Positions 51,045 through 64,000 of a DNA stretch of 64,000 nt are shown one piece after another. The stretch is taken from contig OZ024741.1 of NCBI GenBank assembly GCA_964016885.1, forward strand, positions 301,382,001 to 301,446,000, given 5' to 3'. Position 1 is the stretch's first letter, and the number at the start of each line of letters is the position of its first letter. Under the pieces are notes generated by a model. It searched no databases, was not told the DNA's origin, and worked only from the letters and a program-made list of their open reading frames with translations. A program made the translations under genes and the position numbers. The stretch comes from Eledone cirrhosa (lineage: Eukaryota).

Positions 51045-52174
51045 TATACGTTTGTGTGTCTGCATGTACATATATACCGGACAAGAAAAGTACTTACATG
51101 CATATAATGGCAGGTTTTTTCGCTACATTGAGCAGTTATTTTCTCTAGCTTATAAATAAACGCTAAAGATTTTAAAGATACACGATATACGTCGTTTTTA
51201 ACCCAAAGGACATTTAATGAAATCTGAGGAATTTTTTTGTCTCTATTCTAACAAATCAGAGACGTTGAAGCAAATTTCTTTTCAAGCTTCAATCATGAAT
51301 TGCATTTACAAAAGAAAAGAACAAATAATATTCGTAAATGCCAATAACTTTCCCCGAGATAATGGGAGGACTTGTATATTATCGCAAGACTTACTTGAAA
51401 TAATAACCAAAATGTCAACTTTGCCTTTCATCTATTTGTGGTCAATAAAAAAAGTACCAGTCTAGTAATGTTGTAGATTCTTCTCTACATCTCTTTTTCA
51501 CTTCCATTCTCTCACTCTCTATCCTTCTCTGAAAGAAATTTGCTGTAATCCGACCAGGAGATGGGCTCTGCCAGGTTTAAAAATATCCTACGAACGCTGT
51601 ATGTTAATACGGCTCCCCTACCACTTACTCAGTCAGGAGTTACGGAATCATGCATGCATATGTTTAATATGAGTACATGTATAATAGTACTCTACTGACA
51701 GAAAATAGAAATGTTGCATAATGAAGTTCTATCTATATTAAACCTGTATAAATGAAGTTGTCGACTTGAAATGAATAGGTTTCTTTGTAAGTTAGTTCAG
51801 TCGAAAATGACTTGCGTCTGATGAACAGCACTGCAAGAATACGATTAATTTTGGAATATTAATAATACACCTTTGCCATTTTATTCGCGAGGCACAGTCG
51901 AAACACCACACTGACCTAGGTGTAAAGTGTGTCACCCTCTACCCTTTACCTTCTCTTTCTTCCTCTGTCTAATAGTCCTTGCTTTTCCCCTTCTTTTCCT
52001 CGCATTTACGGCATTTATAATCCTTTCCAATGCTGCTTTCTTTTACTGTATGCTTAACCAAATAAAAATATTTTTTTCCATTTCACAATCTTAACAATAT
52101 ACAACATGTGACTGAAATACCATAAATATTTATCGTTTATCATCCCATGTTTACGATTAATAGTTGTAATATAT

Positions 52175-52390
52175 ATTGGTTTCTGATTTAGACACAAGGT
52201 CAACAATTTAGTGCGGAGTGGAAAGTCAATTATATCGACCAAGTGCATTACTGGTATTTTATTTTATCGATCCCGTAAGGATGAAAGGCAAAGTTAAACT
52301 CGGTAAAATTTGAACTCAGAACTTAAAAGTCCAAACTCTATCCTGCCAAGCAAGTTATCAGATGTTTTACCCATACCGCCAATCCACCGC
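52175..52390 (-). mobile_element. SINE copy
   Basis: aaggatgaaaggcaaagttaaactcggtaaaatttgaactcag. Confidence 0.7.
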
Positions 52391-53189
52391 CCTTGTAATA
52401 TTTATTAGAAAGTGTTAATGTCTAATATATACATTTCCCTCTACGATGTTGATCAACCTAAGGTTATAGCAAGATATGGAATGAGCCAGTGGATTTGTCA
52501 GAGATTTCACACCATTGAGTATTTATTTCAGGTCTCAGCATTCAAATCCGTTAAGGTACACATTCCCCTTCATCCTTTCAGGGTTGATAAAGAATCCAGC
52601 AACCCAGTGATGGTGCGGCCTTCTATCTCCCTGCTCTTACATCCTGTATGTTCCGGTGACAGAGGCAGGAAGGTTTCAGAGGGTGTCTGTGTCTACTCCC
52701 GACCGCATGGGCATCTTGGCGAGAGCATGGTTGACACTACCAAATTATACTCGGTTGAGAGGGACGGCTGTAGTTTAATCATATGAATGTTTGTGCGTAT
52801 ATAATTGCATGTATATATATATATATATATATATAAACATGCAATTATATAAATATATATATATATATTTGATCATTGGCTTCCGGGAACAGGCCGGAGC
52901 ACGTCCGAGAATGGTTAGGTGACGCTAGGAAACACTAAATTCATAGTCCCTGCTTTGTTTTTATATATTTGCTACAAGTTCAAATAATGAAAGATGCTCC
53001 TGGGATTCACGGGAAGGACGAGGGAATAATAAATTCATTGATACCACAATAAAGGTAACGACGAAGAATTCACAACGGACTACAAATAGAATTCCTGTGA
53101 GTCTGTTGAAGGATAGTCTCCACTGTACGCGGCATGAAGATCCACAGTAAGAAAAGAAAAGCTGTAAGAGGACTTTGTACTGGACCTCT

Positions 53190-53603
53190 CTCTGTGGAAG
53201 GCGGAAGTAATGAGATCAGTGGTGTTCACAGTACCCAACCAAAATATCCCATCAGTATCCGAGGAAGTGATCAAAAGTCTCGGGAGGTGGTTTGACAAGA
53301 CCAGGAAAGATATGAAATGGGGAGCCGAAACCAGACAAATGGCGAGAAGGGTCTGCAGGTCATTGACCAATGTGGCCTCTCTGGCAAATATAGGCTTTGG
53401 TGTTTGCAGTTTATCACAAAGATTCTCTAGCCCCTATTGATATAAGATATCAGCTCTAGTACAGTGAAGGTTATGGAGGCCAAGATCAACAAATACACAA
53501 GGAAGTAGCTTGCTGTCCCACCAGATCTTACTGATGCTACACTCTACTGCCACCAGACTAAACCGATCCTACCTTTCAAATCCATCGTTGAGGAGTATAA
53601 AGT
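53190..53603 (+). pseudogene. HERO/R2-superfamily-like RT thumb fragment
   Basis: IPSVSEEVIKSLGRWFD..GLSGKYRLWCLQF..MEAKINKYTRK..LPFKSIVEEYK across frameshifts. Confidence 0.55.
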
Positions 53604-55031
53604 CCCCTCTTCTCTCACCTTTCACCTTTTGACCCCATCTAGGTTACCAACAACTAGTGTCCTCCTCAAACCGCCGACCCTTCTCTTATTTCTTTTCCCT
53701 TCCATTACCACTAAACATGTTGTCCAAACACCTCGAATTTCCATCATCTACATCCATACCAAGATACATTTGTCTCAATACAGAGTGTATAATCGTTACC
53801 GATGAGGGATAAAAATCCAGACACGTGTCTGAAGTTTTTACTTTACTACTGAGATAGCTATGAGAGGATCACAGCTTAAATTATTCGTAGTGAGCCTCAT
53901 GTATGTTTGTTCCATATAAAGATATATATCCCTTCATATAAATCTCAATTATGAACTACGGTTCGTTATTGCTACTATAGATATAATTATAGAGAAAGAG
54001 ATAATATATATGTATGTGTGCGTGTGTCTATATATAAATATGTATGTGTGTGTGTGTGTGTATTTATGTAAGTGTGTGTGTGTGTGTGTGTGCGCGCGCG
54101 CGCGTAAATACATATATATCACTGCCGTCCGTAAAATGTCCGTGTAAATGCTTTTTTTTTCATCTGTATTTCAGTCCCCATTGCCTACGTTAGAAAACAA
54201 TTCCCCTCGGCAGTTCTACACTGTCGGATTCCAACTCGGAACCATAGCAGTACGACGTAATCGTATTTTATACTTTACCATGCGTTTGATGAACTCCTCA
54301 TAAAACGAAGCTTAGTATATCCATGCGATTTGTAGCATTTGCTTTTGATATTGCTTTGAAAGATTGATTATGAAACATAATTATTTATCATAAAGAATAC
54401 TGAGAAATAATATCAATGGGTTCTATATGACATTTCCTTAAAATAGTGATTCATCTTGTTTCTGATATTCCTATATTCCATTACAAAACAGACTTTGATT
54501 TGTGCCCTTGCTAATAGCCTTTCTTTGAAAATATGTGTTTATTTCCATTGTCAAATTCATGAGGAAATGCTTCAGGGGAGAGAAAGACCTATTCATCTTG
54601 AGAGTAAATTGTTATGTATATGAACGTTTAATTTTCCATTTTATTATCCTCAGGCCTATAATTCTAGGCAATCTTCCTTATGTAGGCAAACATTTATGAA
54701 TAAAACCAAACTGAAAAATCGTTTATTATATGCCTATACTCATAATAAAACACATAGGACCTTAAGAGCTCCTTATACTGCACATATTTATAACACATAT
54801 ATACCTACATATATATATGTAAGGTAAGTTATTCCTGGTTGAATCGGCGGTAACCACAGATGATTTCTCACGAATGAAACAGTTCTAGTCTTGTAGAAGC
54901 TCTTCTATATTAAAACTTATATATATATATATATATATATATAAGTTTTAATATAGAAGAGCTTCTACAAGACTATATGTAAGTATGTATGTATACGTAC
55001 ATACATATATGTATACAGACGTACAGTAGCA

Positions 55032-55069
<38 letters not shown>

Positions 55070-55224
55070 CATACAGGTACACATACGTATATGTACGTAT
55101 CAGTTTAGCGGACGCTTATTATAACGCCCGCTTTGTTCGTTTGTAAACAAACTGAACAGCCTGAATTTATGCCGTACGGTGTTAAGGCAACCACGTCACC
55201 TTTTTGTTCAACACTGACACAGGA

Positions 55225-55267
55225 ACGATGTACTAGTTTCAAGCTTGTTAGCTATCATCAGCACCGT
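55225..55267 (-). ncRNA. Type I hammerhead (inverted arm)
   Basis: Reverse complement of 56355-56397. Confidence 0.85.
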
Positions 55268-55479
55268 ATACCCTTCTGCCAGATGGTTGAACGTTCGAAA
55301 TTATATACTTTCCTTATGAAAATTAACGGCTGAGCAGCCTAATTTGCATATCGAGTGAGTTCGGCCAGGCGTACCGAAAACGTTAAGTTGTAATAAAATG
55401 AAAACGAAATTTCATTTCTCACTCTTAGTACGGCACTTACTTAAATGTAAGTATGTATGTATACAGACGTACAGTAGCA

Positions 55480-55609
<130 letters not shown>

Positions 55610-55878
55610 CAGGTACACATACATATATGTACGTATCAGTTTAGCATGCTACTGTACGTCTGTATACATATATGTATGTACGTATACATACATACTTACA
55701 TTTAAGTAAGTGCCGTACTAAGAGTGAGAAATGAAATTTCGTTTTCATTTTATTACAACTTAACGTTTTGGGTACGCCTGGCCGAACTCACTCGATATGC
55801 AAATTAAGCTGCTCAGCCGTTAATTTTCATAAGGAAAGTATATAATTTCGAACGTTCAACCATCTGGCAGAAGGGTAT

Positions 55879-55921
55879 ACGTTGCTGATGATAGCTAACA
55901 AGCTTGAAACTAGTACATTGT
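55879..55921 (+). ncRNA. Type I hammerhead, predicted cleavage after 55915
   Basis: ACGUUG-CUGAUGA-uAGCU aaca AGCUu-GAAAC ua GUA-CAUUGU (stem I slightly mutated). Confidence 0.75.
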
Positions 55922-56072
55922 TCCTGTGTCAGTGTTGAACAAAAAGGTGACGTGGTTGCTTTAACACCGTACGGCATGAATTCAGGCTGTTCAGTTTGTT
56001 TACAAACGAACAAAGCGGGCGTTATAATAAGCGTCCGCTAAACTGATACGTACATATATGTATGTGTACCTG

Positions 56073-56122
<50 letters not shown>

Positions 56123-56354
56123 TGCTACTGTACGTCTGTATACATATATGTATGTACGTATACATACATGCTTACATTTAAGTAAGTGCCATACTAAGAG
56201 TGAGAAATGAAATTTCGTTTTCATTTTATTACAACTTAACGTTTTCGGTACGCCTGGCCGAACTCACTCGATATGCAAATTAGGCTGCTCAGCCGTTAAT
56301 TTTCATAAGGAAAGTATATACTTTCGAACGTTCAACCATCTGGCAGAAGGGTAT

Positions 56355-56397
56355 ACGGTGCTGATGATAGCTAACAAGCTTGAAACTAGTACATCGT
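56355..56397 (+). ncRNA. Type I hammerhead, predicted cleavage after 56391
   Basis: ACGGUG-CUGAUGA-uAGCU aaca AGCUu-GAAAC ua GUA-CAUCGU; distal pairing GUUCAAC/GUUGAAC. Confidence 0.87.
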
Positions 56398-56548
56398 TCC
56401 TGTGTCAGTGTTGAACAAAAAGGTGACGTGGTTGCCTTAACACCGTACGGCATAAATTCAGGCTGTTCAGTTTGTTTACAAACGAACAAAGCGGGCGTTA
56501 TAATAAGCGTCCGCTAAACTGATACGTACATATATGTATGTGTACCTG

Positions 56549-56602
<54 letters not shown>

Positions 56603-56739
56603 TACTACTGTACGTCTGTATACATATATGTATGTACGTATACATACATACTTACATTTAAGTAAGTGCCGTACTAAGAGTGAGAAATGAAATTTCGTTT
56701 TCATTTTATTACAACTTATATATATATATATGTACTGTT

Positions 56740-56801
<62 letters not shown>

Positions 56802-56814
56802 TATATATATGTAA

Positions 56815-56891
56815 ATACTCGATGTCCCAAAAAATGTATACACACTTCAACAACATTCTAATAAATATGTGTATACATCCTTTTGGGAACC

Positions 56892-56926
<35 letters not shown>

Positions 56927-56983
56927 CTTTCGAGAACCCTGTATATATATATATATATATATATATACATCCTTTCGAGAACC

Positions 56984-57067
<84 letters not shown>

Positions 57068-57143
57068 GGTTCTCGAAAGGATGTATACACATATTTATTA
57101 GAATGTTGTTGAGGTGTGTATACATTTACGGGGACATCCACTA
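56815..57143. mobile_element. ~80-bp Tc1/mariner-type MITE with partial end repeats and an inverted copy
   Basis: tgtcccaaaaaatgtatacac..gtgtatacatccttttgggaaccctgTA; cagggttctcgaaaggatgtatacac.. Confidence 0.6.
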
Positions 57144-57214
57144 TATACATATATATATTTATATATATATATATTATGAAAATAAAACAAAGAAGCCTTC
57201 AATACATCAAAAGT

Positions 57215-57267
57215 CTTTATTAGCCAACAATGTTTCGTCCTATTAAGGACTCATCAGGGCAATTAAA
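57215..57267 (-). ncRNA. Minimal type I hammerhead (PLE-B)
   Basis: Same core and stems as 34447-34500. Confidence 0.85.
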
Positions 57268-57676
57268 ACAACAAGAAGTACTATCGGCCAATACAAGCCG
57301 AAAACTCCGAAGAATATGGAGTGTACATACACTAAAGTATTGCAAGATTATGGGTAAAAATATATAATAAAAATCACTAAGGAGGTGTATAACATTTAGA
57401 ACCATATTATAAATATAGTCCAAAACAAAAAAAAACTAGAGCTAAACAAGGGTGGTTATATAGAGCGGGAATTATACATAATACTATATAATATAATATA
57501 ATATACTTGTAACAATATTAAAATTACAATAAAAATTAAAATGCACAATATACACATGTATATATGTACGCACACGTACGCACATATACATATACATCAA
57601 TACACATATCCATCTTTAACAGCACAAATTAAACGTTATTAAGAGTTTAAATATAAATAAGCATGATAGGAATAAA

Positions 57677-57708
<32 letters not shown>

Positions 57709-58368
57709 GTATATCTAATATACATGAAGTAATAAAATGATTAAAAGTAACACATAATATATAATAAACTATATAATTATATACTATATAATATAATATA
57801 ATAGATAATCTCCGATTAATTTACACAAACAATATAGATGTCACAATAATACTATAATAATAATATAATAACATATATAATATATAATATATAATGGCAT
57901 GTAAGTTAACAAATCAATTCATATAGAGTTACAGAGTAGGTGAGAAGAAAATATAAATTGTACAATACCCAAAATTATGATGGTACAAAAATATAAACAT
58001 CTTACATGATATATAAAATTTAACATATCATAATGGTACATATAATCAACGGTAAGTAATAAGGATCAATAGTACAATAACAACTACAATATAAAATAAT
58101 AAACATTATATAATATATAATTACTTATAATTACAAGGTTGGTAAACAGACATATATGTGGATGAGTGAGTAAGGGCCAGACAGAAAATAGAATGCACAG
58201 TAGTATTAATAAATAAATAAATAAAATCAACCGGAAATTAAAAAACAAAAACAAAAGTATATACTTAGGTCTCACATGCAGTTAAGTAAAAACTTAGGAA
58301 ACAACCCAGGTAAATGACTCGAAAACCCTATTTGATAAATTAATATTAAAAATATTTAAAAGATCTAA

Positions 58369-59306
58369 TCTATATATATAAAACTGTGGTTGTCTGTCTG
58401 TCTATCGATTTTTGGCACACATCTCCTCTTAGAATCTCTCACGGAATTGCACCGAAATTGCTATACTTATACATTGAGCCCTAGCGAAGACATCGGAAAA
58501 AAAATATTTCAAATTGACCCACCCTATGTGACGAAATCGAATATAATGTATCGATTTTTGAGCGTAAGTGATCAGTTATTTCCCTTTGTTCTGTTTACAT
58601 TGAGCGTCTTACGTTAAAAATTACGCTGGCTTTCTCAGCGTTTAAAATGACATTAACACAATACACGAACAGTTACAGTTGTCGAGCCAGCAAAATATTG
58701 ACCTGCAAAATTCATCAGTTCGAACACTAAGCTTCCGTTTTGCTTCATTTCCATTTAAAAGCATTATAAAACAATATTTTTACTTGAAAACAAGTCTATT
58801 TAAAGACTACGTAAAACAAGCAAATATTTCGTCGTTAGGCGTGCAGACAGATAGTCGTGCAGAGAGGTGATATACGCGTGCAGACAGATAGTCGTGCAGA
58901 GAGGTGATATAGGCGTGCAGACAGATAGTCGTGCAGAGAGGTGATATAGGCGTGCAGACAGATAGTCGTGCAGAGAGGTGATATAGGCGTGCAGACAGAC
59001 ATAACTGATAATTTGGTTACGCTAATGTTTTTCTCTGCGTTGCAGTGTTTACATTTTCGATCTTTGTTAATAAATAACCAGTGCAGTTTCTATCCCCAGC
59101 ATCCTCTTTTGTTATAACATTCGGGTTATCGTTATGTTTTCTTAACTTCATAAGGCATATTGTTGGTTGAGGGAATATTAATCAAAAACACCACATGCAA
59201 GTCTGCACAGTAGACACTACAGTTTTTAAGCCAAGAAAGAAACTTAACATTGTAACTTTAACACAGCTACTGAGCGACCCCGAGCAACGCCGGGCTTTAC
59301 TGCTAG
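58369..59306 (+). mobile_element. Non-autonomous Helitron
   Basis: A|TCTATATAT start, subterminal hairpin CCCGAGCAACGCCGGG, CTAG|T end, no TSD; absent from the other PLE-B copy; internal 37-bp minisatellite 58839-59000. Confidence 0.85.
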
Positions 59307-60140
59307 TATGGCTATACAATATTAGCTATGGTTTAAGTAATCAAAATTTAAAAACGTTAATATTTCACTACAAATATATATATAATGGAATGAAATTTTC
59401 TACTATCATTTACATAACGATATCTAAAAAACTGACTTAAGCAGAATTATGGTAGGCTAATAGGGACAGAAAAAAAGAAATGTATGTGGGATACAAAGGA
59501 GCATAAAATCATAGTCAATATACTATATTAAATAATAGAAAGGAGCGTAAAAGAGGGGGAGGGAATTAAATATAATCATAATATATTTGAAGGGGTTGAC
59601 AATAAGTTTATGTGTGCATGGGGGGATTGGGGGGGGGGGGGGGTATCCAAAGAAGAATCCAAATAAAATAAAATAAAATGAAATAAAATAAAATAATGTA
59701 AAATATATAATCAGATATATACTCGTAAGGTGTTAATAGTGAAAATTTAATGCGTAAGAAGATAGATATGGTATAGTAGCCAAAAGATTATGAGAGCTAG
59801 AATAAAGAGTTGTCAAAAACCAATGATAATAATGATGATAATAATGGTGGTAAACAAAAAGAACCTAAACTAATAAAATAAGTAATGGAAATATCAGCTA
59901 ATGGATACAATTTATACTACTAGAACCTTTAGGTTTATAATAAAAGTAAGAATTAGAAATAGCGTGGGGGCAAGAAGAGAATATCTCAAACTTTCTATTA
60001 AGTAAGGATTCACTAGAGAAAATTATAGAGTGTGTCTCGAGGATACAGAGATTACAAAATTTAGTATGTGTAGAAAGGTTATTAGAGCGTGCTACTAAAC
60101 GCCAATTAAGGCTATATGGTATATTAGCCCCCTTAAGATC

Positions 60141-60237
<97 letters not shown>

Positions 60238-60916
60238 TATATGAAAAGAGTCAGACCCCGACGGCTGAGCTCCGGCCATTTCGACAGCTAGATCCGAACA
60301 GTTTGGATCTAGCTATCGAAACGGCCGGAGCTCAGTCCTGACTCTTTTCATATTACCAACACTACTACTTAAAGTAAAGTATTGAGTACCCTGGTGCGTT
60401 ATGGACCACCTAGCATCTTACCACACCTCTTTATTATATGTATATATGTGCGAGTATGTGCGTGTGTGTGTCTGAATATATGTGTTATAAATATGTGCAG
60501 TATAAGGAGCTGTTAAGGTCCTATGTGTTTTATTATGAGTATAGGCATATAATAAACGATTTTTCAGTTTGGTTTTATTCATAAATGGTTGCCTACATAA
60601 GGAAGATTGCTTAGAATTATAGGCCTGAGGATAATAAAATGGAAAATTAAACGTTCATAAACATAACAATTTACTCTCAAGATGAGTAGGTCTTTCTATC
60701 CCCTGAAGCATTTCCTTATGAATTTGACGCTCTGCCTATACACCTTTTGCATGACATATAATTCTCTCGCTTAGTTTCACTTTTCTCTTGTCTTGCACTT
60801 ACTACGCATTGAGCACATTGTCCTCTTCGCTACTAGTTGATAATTCTCATAACTAATCTCTTATCTCTCTTTTTTTATTGGTTTGTACACTTACTTCATA
60901 TATATATATATATATA

Positions 60917-61602
60917 TTTATTAAAATAACAGATTAAAGTTTAAGTAAAGAATCGCTGCTTTCACCCTTAACGGGATCTTCTGAAACTAACAAAGTCAAT
61001 CTGTGAACGCAGAAGTGAATATTTCAAAAAACGTTGCAACCGGAGGAAGACAGGAAGACGATACTTTGGTTCGTGGAAACGTTCCCTGACAAAGAACGGG
61101 AAAAAACGAATATAATACGTCATTATTTGGAGCGGCGAAAAACATTTACACGCAAAGACAAAACGACGTTTATGGTATAAAAGAAGTCGTAGACTAATAT
61201 TCTATCAGAGACGTTCTCTGGTAATGAACGGAAAAAACGAAAAAAATACGTCATATGTGGAGCGGGGAGAACAATTGCACGCAAAGACAAAACCACGTAA
61301 ATAGTATAACTGAAGTCGTAGACTAAAATTCTAACTAGGAAACCGAATGATTCTCGGCTACAGAGTTAAGAATAAAGTAAATAAAATACAGAGGTAATTG
61401 AAATTAAATAAATACATACACACATCCATATACGTACATACACAAGCATACGCGAAAACACTCGCCATAGGTATACAAATACACGCACGTACACAAAAAA
61501 AAACCGCACGCACATACAGAACCCACGCAACGCCTGTAGCCGAACACATACGAATGTATACACCAAATACACATAAAAATATATATAAAAATATATATAT
61601 AC

Positions 61603-61635
<33 letters not shown>

Positions 61636-63950
61636 CAAGTATACATATAATTAAATAAACGTATTTAAATAAATAAATACGTATATAACAAGCGCACGCA
61701 CATACCTACATGTAAATACACACATGTTCGGTGACGGACGTCAACCAAAACACAAAGTACACATATACACACACCCTACATACGTATGAACCCGCATACT
61801 CACACAGACGCAAAACTCACGTATACACATAACCAAAAGCATATGTACCAGAATATACAATATATACGCCATAACATATACAATCAAATATACGTACGAG
61901 AAAGTATACGCACCTTCACAAAACTTACAGATAATATATACTTACCTACACAAATAAGTAATGGTATAAACATAACATATACTTAGCTACTACATCAAGA
62001 CGTAAAATATCAGCGTATAGTTCGTACTATCCGTTAGGGTATAATGTGAGGCTGTAATACAGGAAAGTTTTATACAATTTATGTTTACAAGCCGAAATTG
62101 CCTCAGATATTTTGTTTAAGATGTGGTCTTTGGCGTAGAGTATATCCAGGGCCTCAGCGGCGCAGAGGTCACATGGTCTTTTATTTCCGTTATACGATCT
62201 AGCCCTAGCTAGGATCTCCCAGTGTAACTTTTATTGGGTGTGGTTGTCTTTTAGACTCCAGATATAAGCTGAAAGTGACGTCATATTCCTTCTTCAAGGG
62301 TTAAGAAAAGAATGGGTATGCATGTAAAGATTCTGCTTGAATCTATTGGCGGTTAACCCTATGTAGGCCTTACGGGACGTGGGTGTTTCAACCTTACATC
62401 TGTAGACAATGTTATTAGAGAGGCATTTCCCGGATAGGGGGCAGTCAACCCGATTCCTACAATTACAGTTAGTACTAACTACAGGGTTGCACGTGTTTCT
62501 ACGGCTAGGTAGTTTAGCTAAATTTGAAGCTGTGATGTTATGTGCAAGGTTAGGAGTCGCAGAGTAAGAAATTTTAATAGTATTTCTATTAAAAATTTTA
62601 TTATGTTTATGTGTAAGGAAAAATGCTTCATAATAAGGGAGAGAAAGATCTTAGCTAATGGTGTGGCCACCTCCATATTATATGGTGGGTTATACCATAT
62701 AATGCGTCGGGTTCTATTTCTTCTAGGTCTATTATCGTACTCAGTATATGCTACCTTATCGACAAATCCACTCCGATCAAGAGCTTCATTGTAATATGTG
62801 GAATGGTCGTTGAAAATATGCTCGTTAGTAGATAGAAGGGAAAGCCTCAAAGAAACGTTTCTTACCAGGTTCTTGGTTATGCTGGCAGGATGGTTAGAAT
62901 ACTTACTTTTGTAATTAAGCGTATCATTCGGCTTTCTATACGGGGAATGCAAGCCATTCCATAAATTGACGGTAACGTCGAGGTAATTGACGACCGAGAG
63001 GTTGGCCTCAAACTGTATGGAGAGGTTGAAGCCTTTAAAGAAGGCTGTGAGTTCTTTTCTGAACTTGTCGCAAGCACTTTGTCATGTTCAAAAGATCGTC
63101 ATCAAGGTATAAACCACCGCCCACGTTGGGGAATTCTTCCTTGATAGAGAAAAGAAGGAAAAGGCCGATAAGATCAGTAACCTCCGCAGAATCGCTGGCG
63201 CCCATACTCACGTCGAATGGTGTACTATTAGATTTTTTAATCCAAATAGAGTCGTCGAAATTAATCAGTGACTTACGGGCATTGAGGATGACATCAACTT
63301 CGAAATCCCTAACCACTCTGAGTGTTTTAGCGAATTGATAGCTCTAAGAAGAAGTGGTAAAGTGATGGAGGTGTAGTAATTATTGATGTCGAATTGGATA
63401 AAACGGCAAAGTTCCTTTTTGCATATGCCGTTGAACCAATCAATCACCGCGAAAGAATTGTTGCACAGTGCAAGAGGGGCCAAACTTCTAATTTCAGGTA
63501 TAATTCTATCTAAAATCCTTTTACTAAGTCTACCTAAATCGGACTTTGTAGGGTTAATAAGCCGAATAGAGGGGTTGTTTCGGAAATTGGATTTGTGATA
63601 CTTCAGGGTAAAGTGGGGAGAAATAGGGTCCAGAGGTTCAGTCCGGTCCAGGATGTTGAGATCAGAGGTGAATTTAAACGCAGCATCGTTGATTTCATTA
63701 ATGACGCCCCGATTAGTTTTACGGTAATCCTTAGTTATAGCATTATGTAGCAGTTGATGTTAAGTACTGCGCTCCACTTGATATAGATTGCCAGTTTTGT
63801 CGGAATGGACGTGCACGCCATTAGAATCCTTAATAGAACGAATAATATTCTTCAGGTCCTGCTGCAAGGAATTGCTCCTACTCCGAAATTTGATACTCCG
63901 TATGAGTTCCAAGACATCATTTTCGAAGGGTAGCAATGCTGGGTTACTCG
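60917..63950 (-). mobile_element. PLE family A second copy, decayed, with a longer 3' region
   Basis: Reverse-complement homology to 9760-12197 (PFENDVLELIRSI, FDVSMGASDSAEV, SNHPASITKNL). Confidence 0.88.
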
Positions 63951-64000
63951 GAGAGTTATTGCCAGACAACATCTCCGTGAACACCTAATAGAATATTAGT

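Larger units (their letters stand above)
57173..60142 (-). mobile_element. PLE family B second copy (GIY-YIG end, 3' region, hammerhead 57215-57267), interrupted by a Helitron
   Basis: Reverse complement of ~29790-31320 joined to ~34240-34545. Confidence 0.85.

Noticed and set aside
51866-51932. Hammerhead half (GAAACACC..GGUGUA with a possible stem I)
   Set aside because: The CUGANGA strand is missing; at best a deletion relic
53786-53832. CCGAUGA-GGGAU..AUCC-GACAC-GU-GUC motif; also cagauga at ~54857, cagaaga at ~60960-60985 (-) and a motif at ~15262-15300 (-)
   Set aside because: Mutations in invariant core positions or no stem I; not counted as ribozymes
55133-55333. 66-aa ORF repeated three times (also 55813-56013 and 56289-56489)
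   Set aside because: TTG start, antisense to the hammerhead, repeated only because the unit is repeated, no recognisable motif
58839-59000. 37-bp repeats of CRISPR-like length
   Set aside because: No unique spacers and no cas genes; a minisatellite inside a Helitron

Overview
Eukaryotic, AT-rich and microsatellite-laden window made almost entirely of nested transposable elements. The repeat landscape suggests a mollusc, probably an octopus-like cephalopod (inference). No host gene could be supported. It holds a near-intact Tx1-clade LINE plus a decayed copy, a decayed R4/Dong-type RLE element in (TAA)n, and a Gypsy LTR element with an intact gag-pol ORF inserted into a Penelope-like element (PLE). 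There are also several PLE families (CxCx5C/Hydra-like and Neptune-like GIY-YIG), RTE and HERO-like fragments, SINEs, a MITE and a non-autonomous Helitron. The most striking signal is non-coding: about 19 type I hammerhead ribozyme (HHR) motifs from about 10 unrelated sequence families, folded by eye on both strands. They sit in PLE 3' ends and in small ORF-less elements inserted in (TA)n. Two of these elements are retrozyme-like tandem arrays (310-nt and 476-nt units, the latter with a PLE-style inversion). The motifs include U3-A8 compensatory cores, U.U-closed stem II and long branched stem II variants. Boundaries are read by eye and approximate.
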